64,000 nt of DNA, taken from contig CM059432.1 in assembly GCA_030390025.1 (NCBI GenBank), positions 153,266,001 through 153,330,000 of the forward strand, written 5' to 3'. The position numbers and the translations under genes are program-made. The DNA is from Squalus acanthias (Eukaryota). This document shows positions 62,870 through 64,000 of the stretch, one piece after another. The notes below the pieces were generated by a model. The model had not been told where the DNA came from and did not search any database. It saw nothing but the letters and a program-made list of their open reading frames with translations. Numbering within the stretch: the first letter of the stretch is position 1; the number at the start of each line of letters is the position of its first letter.

Positions 62870-63020
62870 ATAGAATTTACAGCACAGAAACAGGCCATTC
62901 GGCCCAACTGGTCTATGCCGGTGTTTATGCTCCACTCGAGCCTCCTCCCACCCTACTTCATCTAACCCTATCAGTATATCTCTCTATTCCTTTTTCCCTC
63001 ATGTACTTATTTACCTCCCA
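62870..63020 (-). mobile_element. CR1 3'UTR stub
   Basis: Matches 44590-44745. Confidence 0.8.
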
Positions 63021-63138
63021 TTAAATAAGAAGGAGATGCAGAGCATACAGAATGAGAGACACTTAGCACACAGAATGAGAGAAAGAGATGCAGAGCACAC
63101 AGAATGAGACAGAGAAAGAGGAGAGCACACAGAATACA

Positions 63139-64000
63139 CTGGATACAGCAAAGTCTTTGGGCCCCGACAACATCCCGGCTGTCGTGCTGAAGACTTGTGC
63201 TCCAGAACTAGCCGTGCCTCTAGCCAAGCTGTTCCAGTACTGCTACAACACTGACATCTATCCGACAACGTGGAAAACTGCCCAGGAATGTCCTGTCCAC
63301 AAAAAGCAGGACAAATCCAACCCAGCCAATTACTGCCCCATCAGTCTACTCTCAATCATCAGCAAAGTGATGGAAGGTGTCATCGACAGTGCTATCAAGC
63401 GGCACTTACTCACCAATAACCTGCTCACTGATGCTCAGTTTCGGTTCCGCCAAGACCACTCGGCTCCCGACCTCATTACAGCCTTGGTCCAAACATGGAC
63501 AAAGGAGCTGAATTCCAGAGGTGAGGTGAGAGTGACTGCCCTTGACATCAAGGCAGCATTTGACCGAGTCTGGCATCAAGGAGCCCTAGTAAAACTGAAG
63601 TCAATGGGAATCAGGGGGAAAACGCTCCACTGGCTGGAGTCATACCTAGCACAAAGGAAGATGGTTGTGGTGGTTGAAGGTCAATCATCACAGCCCCAGG
63701 ACATTGCTGCAGGAGTTCCTCAGGGCAGTGTCCTAGGCCCAACCATCTTCAGCTGCTTCATCAATGACCTTCCCTCCAACATAAGGTCAGAAATGGGGAT
63801 GTTCGCTGATGACTGCACAGTGTTCAGCGCCATTCACAACTCCACAGATAATGAAGCAGTCCATGCCCGCATGCAACAAGACCTGGACGACGTTCAGGCT
63901 TGGGCTGATAAGTGGCAGGTAACATTCGCGCCACAGAAGTTCCAGGCAATGACCATCTCCAACAAGCGAGAGTCTAACCACCTCCCCATGACATTCAATG
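63139..64000 (+). mobile_element. LINE family B RT fragment, open frame to window end
   Basis: Uninterrupted LDTAKSLGPDNIP..ALDIKAAFDRVWH..GVPQGSVLGP..MFADDC..WADKWQVTF (287 codons). Confidence 0.9.

Overview
Eukaryotic, almost certainly elasmobranch (shark/ray) genomic DNA. It carries HE1-type V-SINEs, SacSINE1-like DeuSINEs and dense CR1 LINEs, and no confidently identifiable host protein-coding gene. Roughly two-thirds of the window is nested transposable elements: many CR1 fragments (one retaining a 5' end with a 54/48-bp monomer array and esterase ORF1), two decayed two-gene PIF/Harbinger transposons, several Harbinger- and hAT-type MITEs with TIRs/TSDs, Penelope-like element remnants, and minisatellites. 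Two things stand out. (1) A poly(A)-tailed APE-RT LINE family has, in its two 5'-complete copies, a tRNA-like Pol III head, no ORF1 and no in-frame AUG, and its sense strand is almost free of TTTT Pol III terminators, suggesting a Pol III-transcribed, SINE-headed LINE. (2) Four tiny Penelope-type insertions are built as fold-back palindromes with a ~40-nt tail and 12-13-bp TSDs; three carry minimal hammerhead ribozymes with co-varying stems. All coordinates and counts were read by eye.
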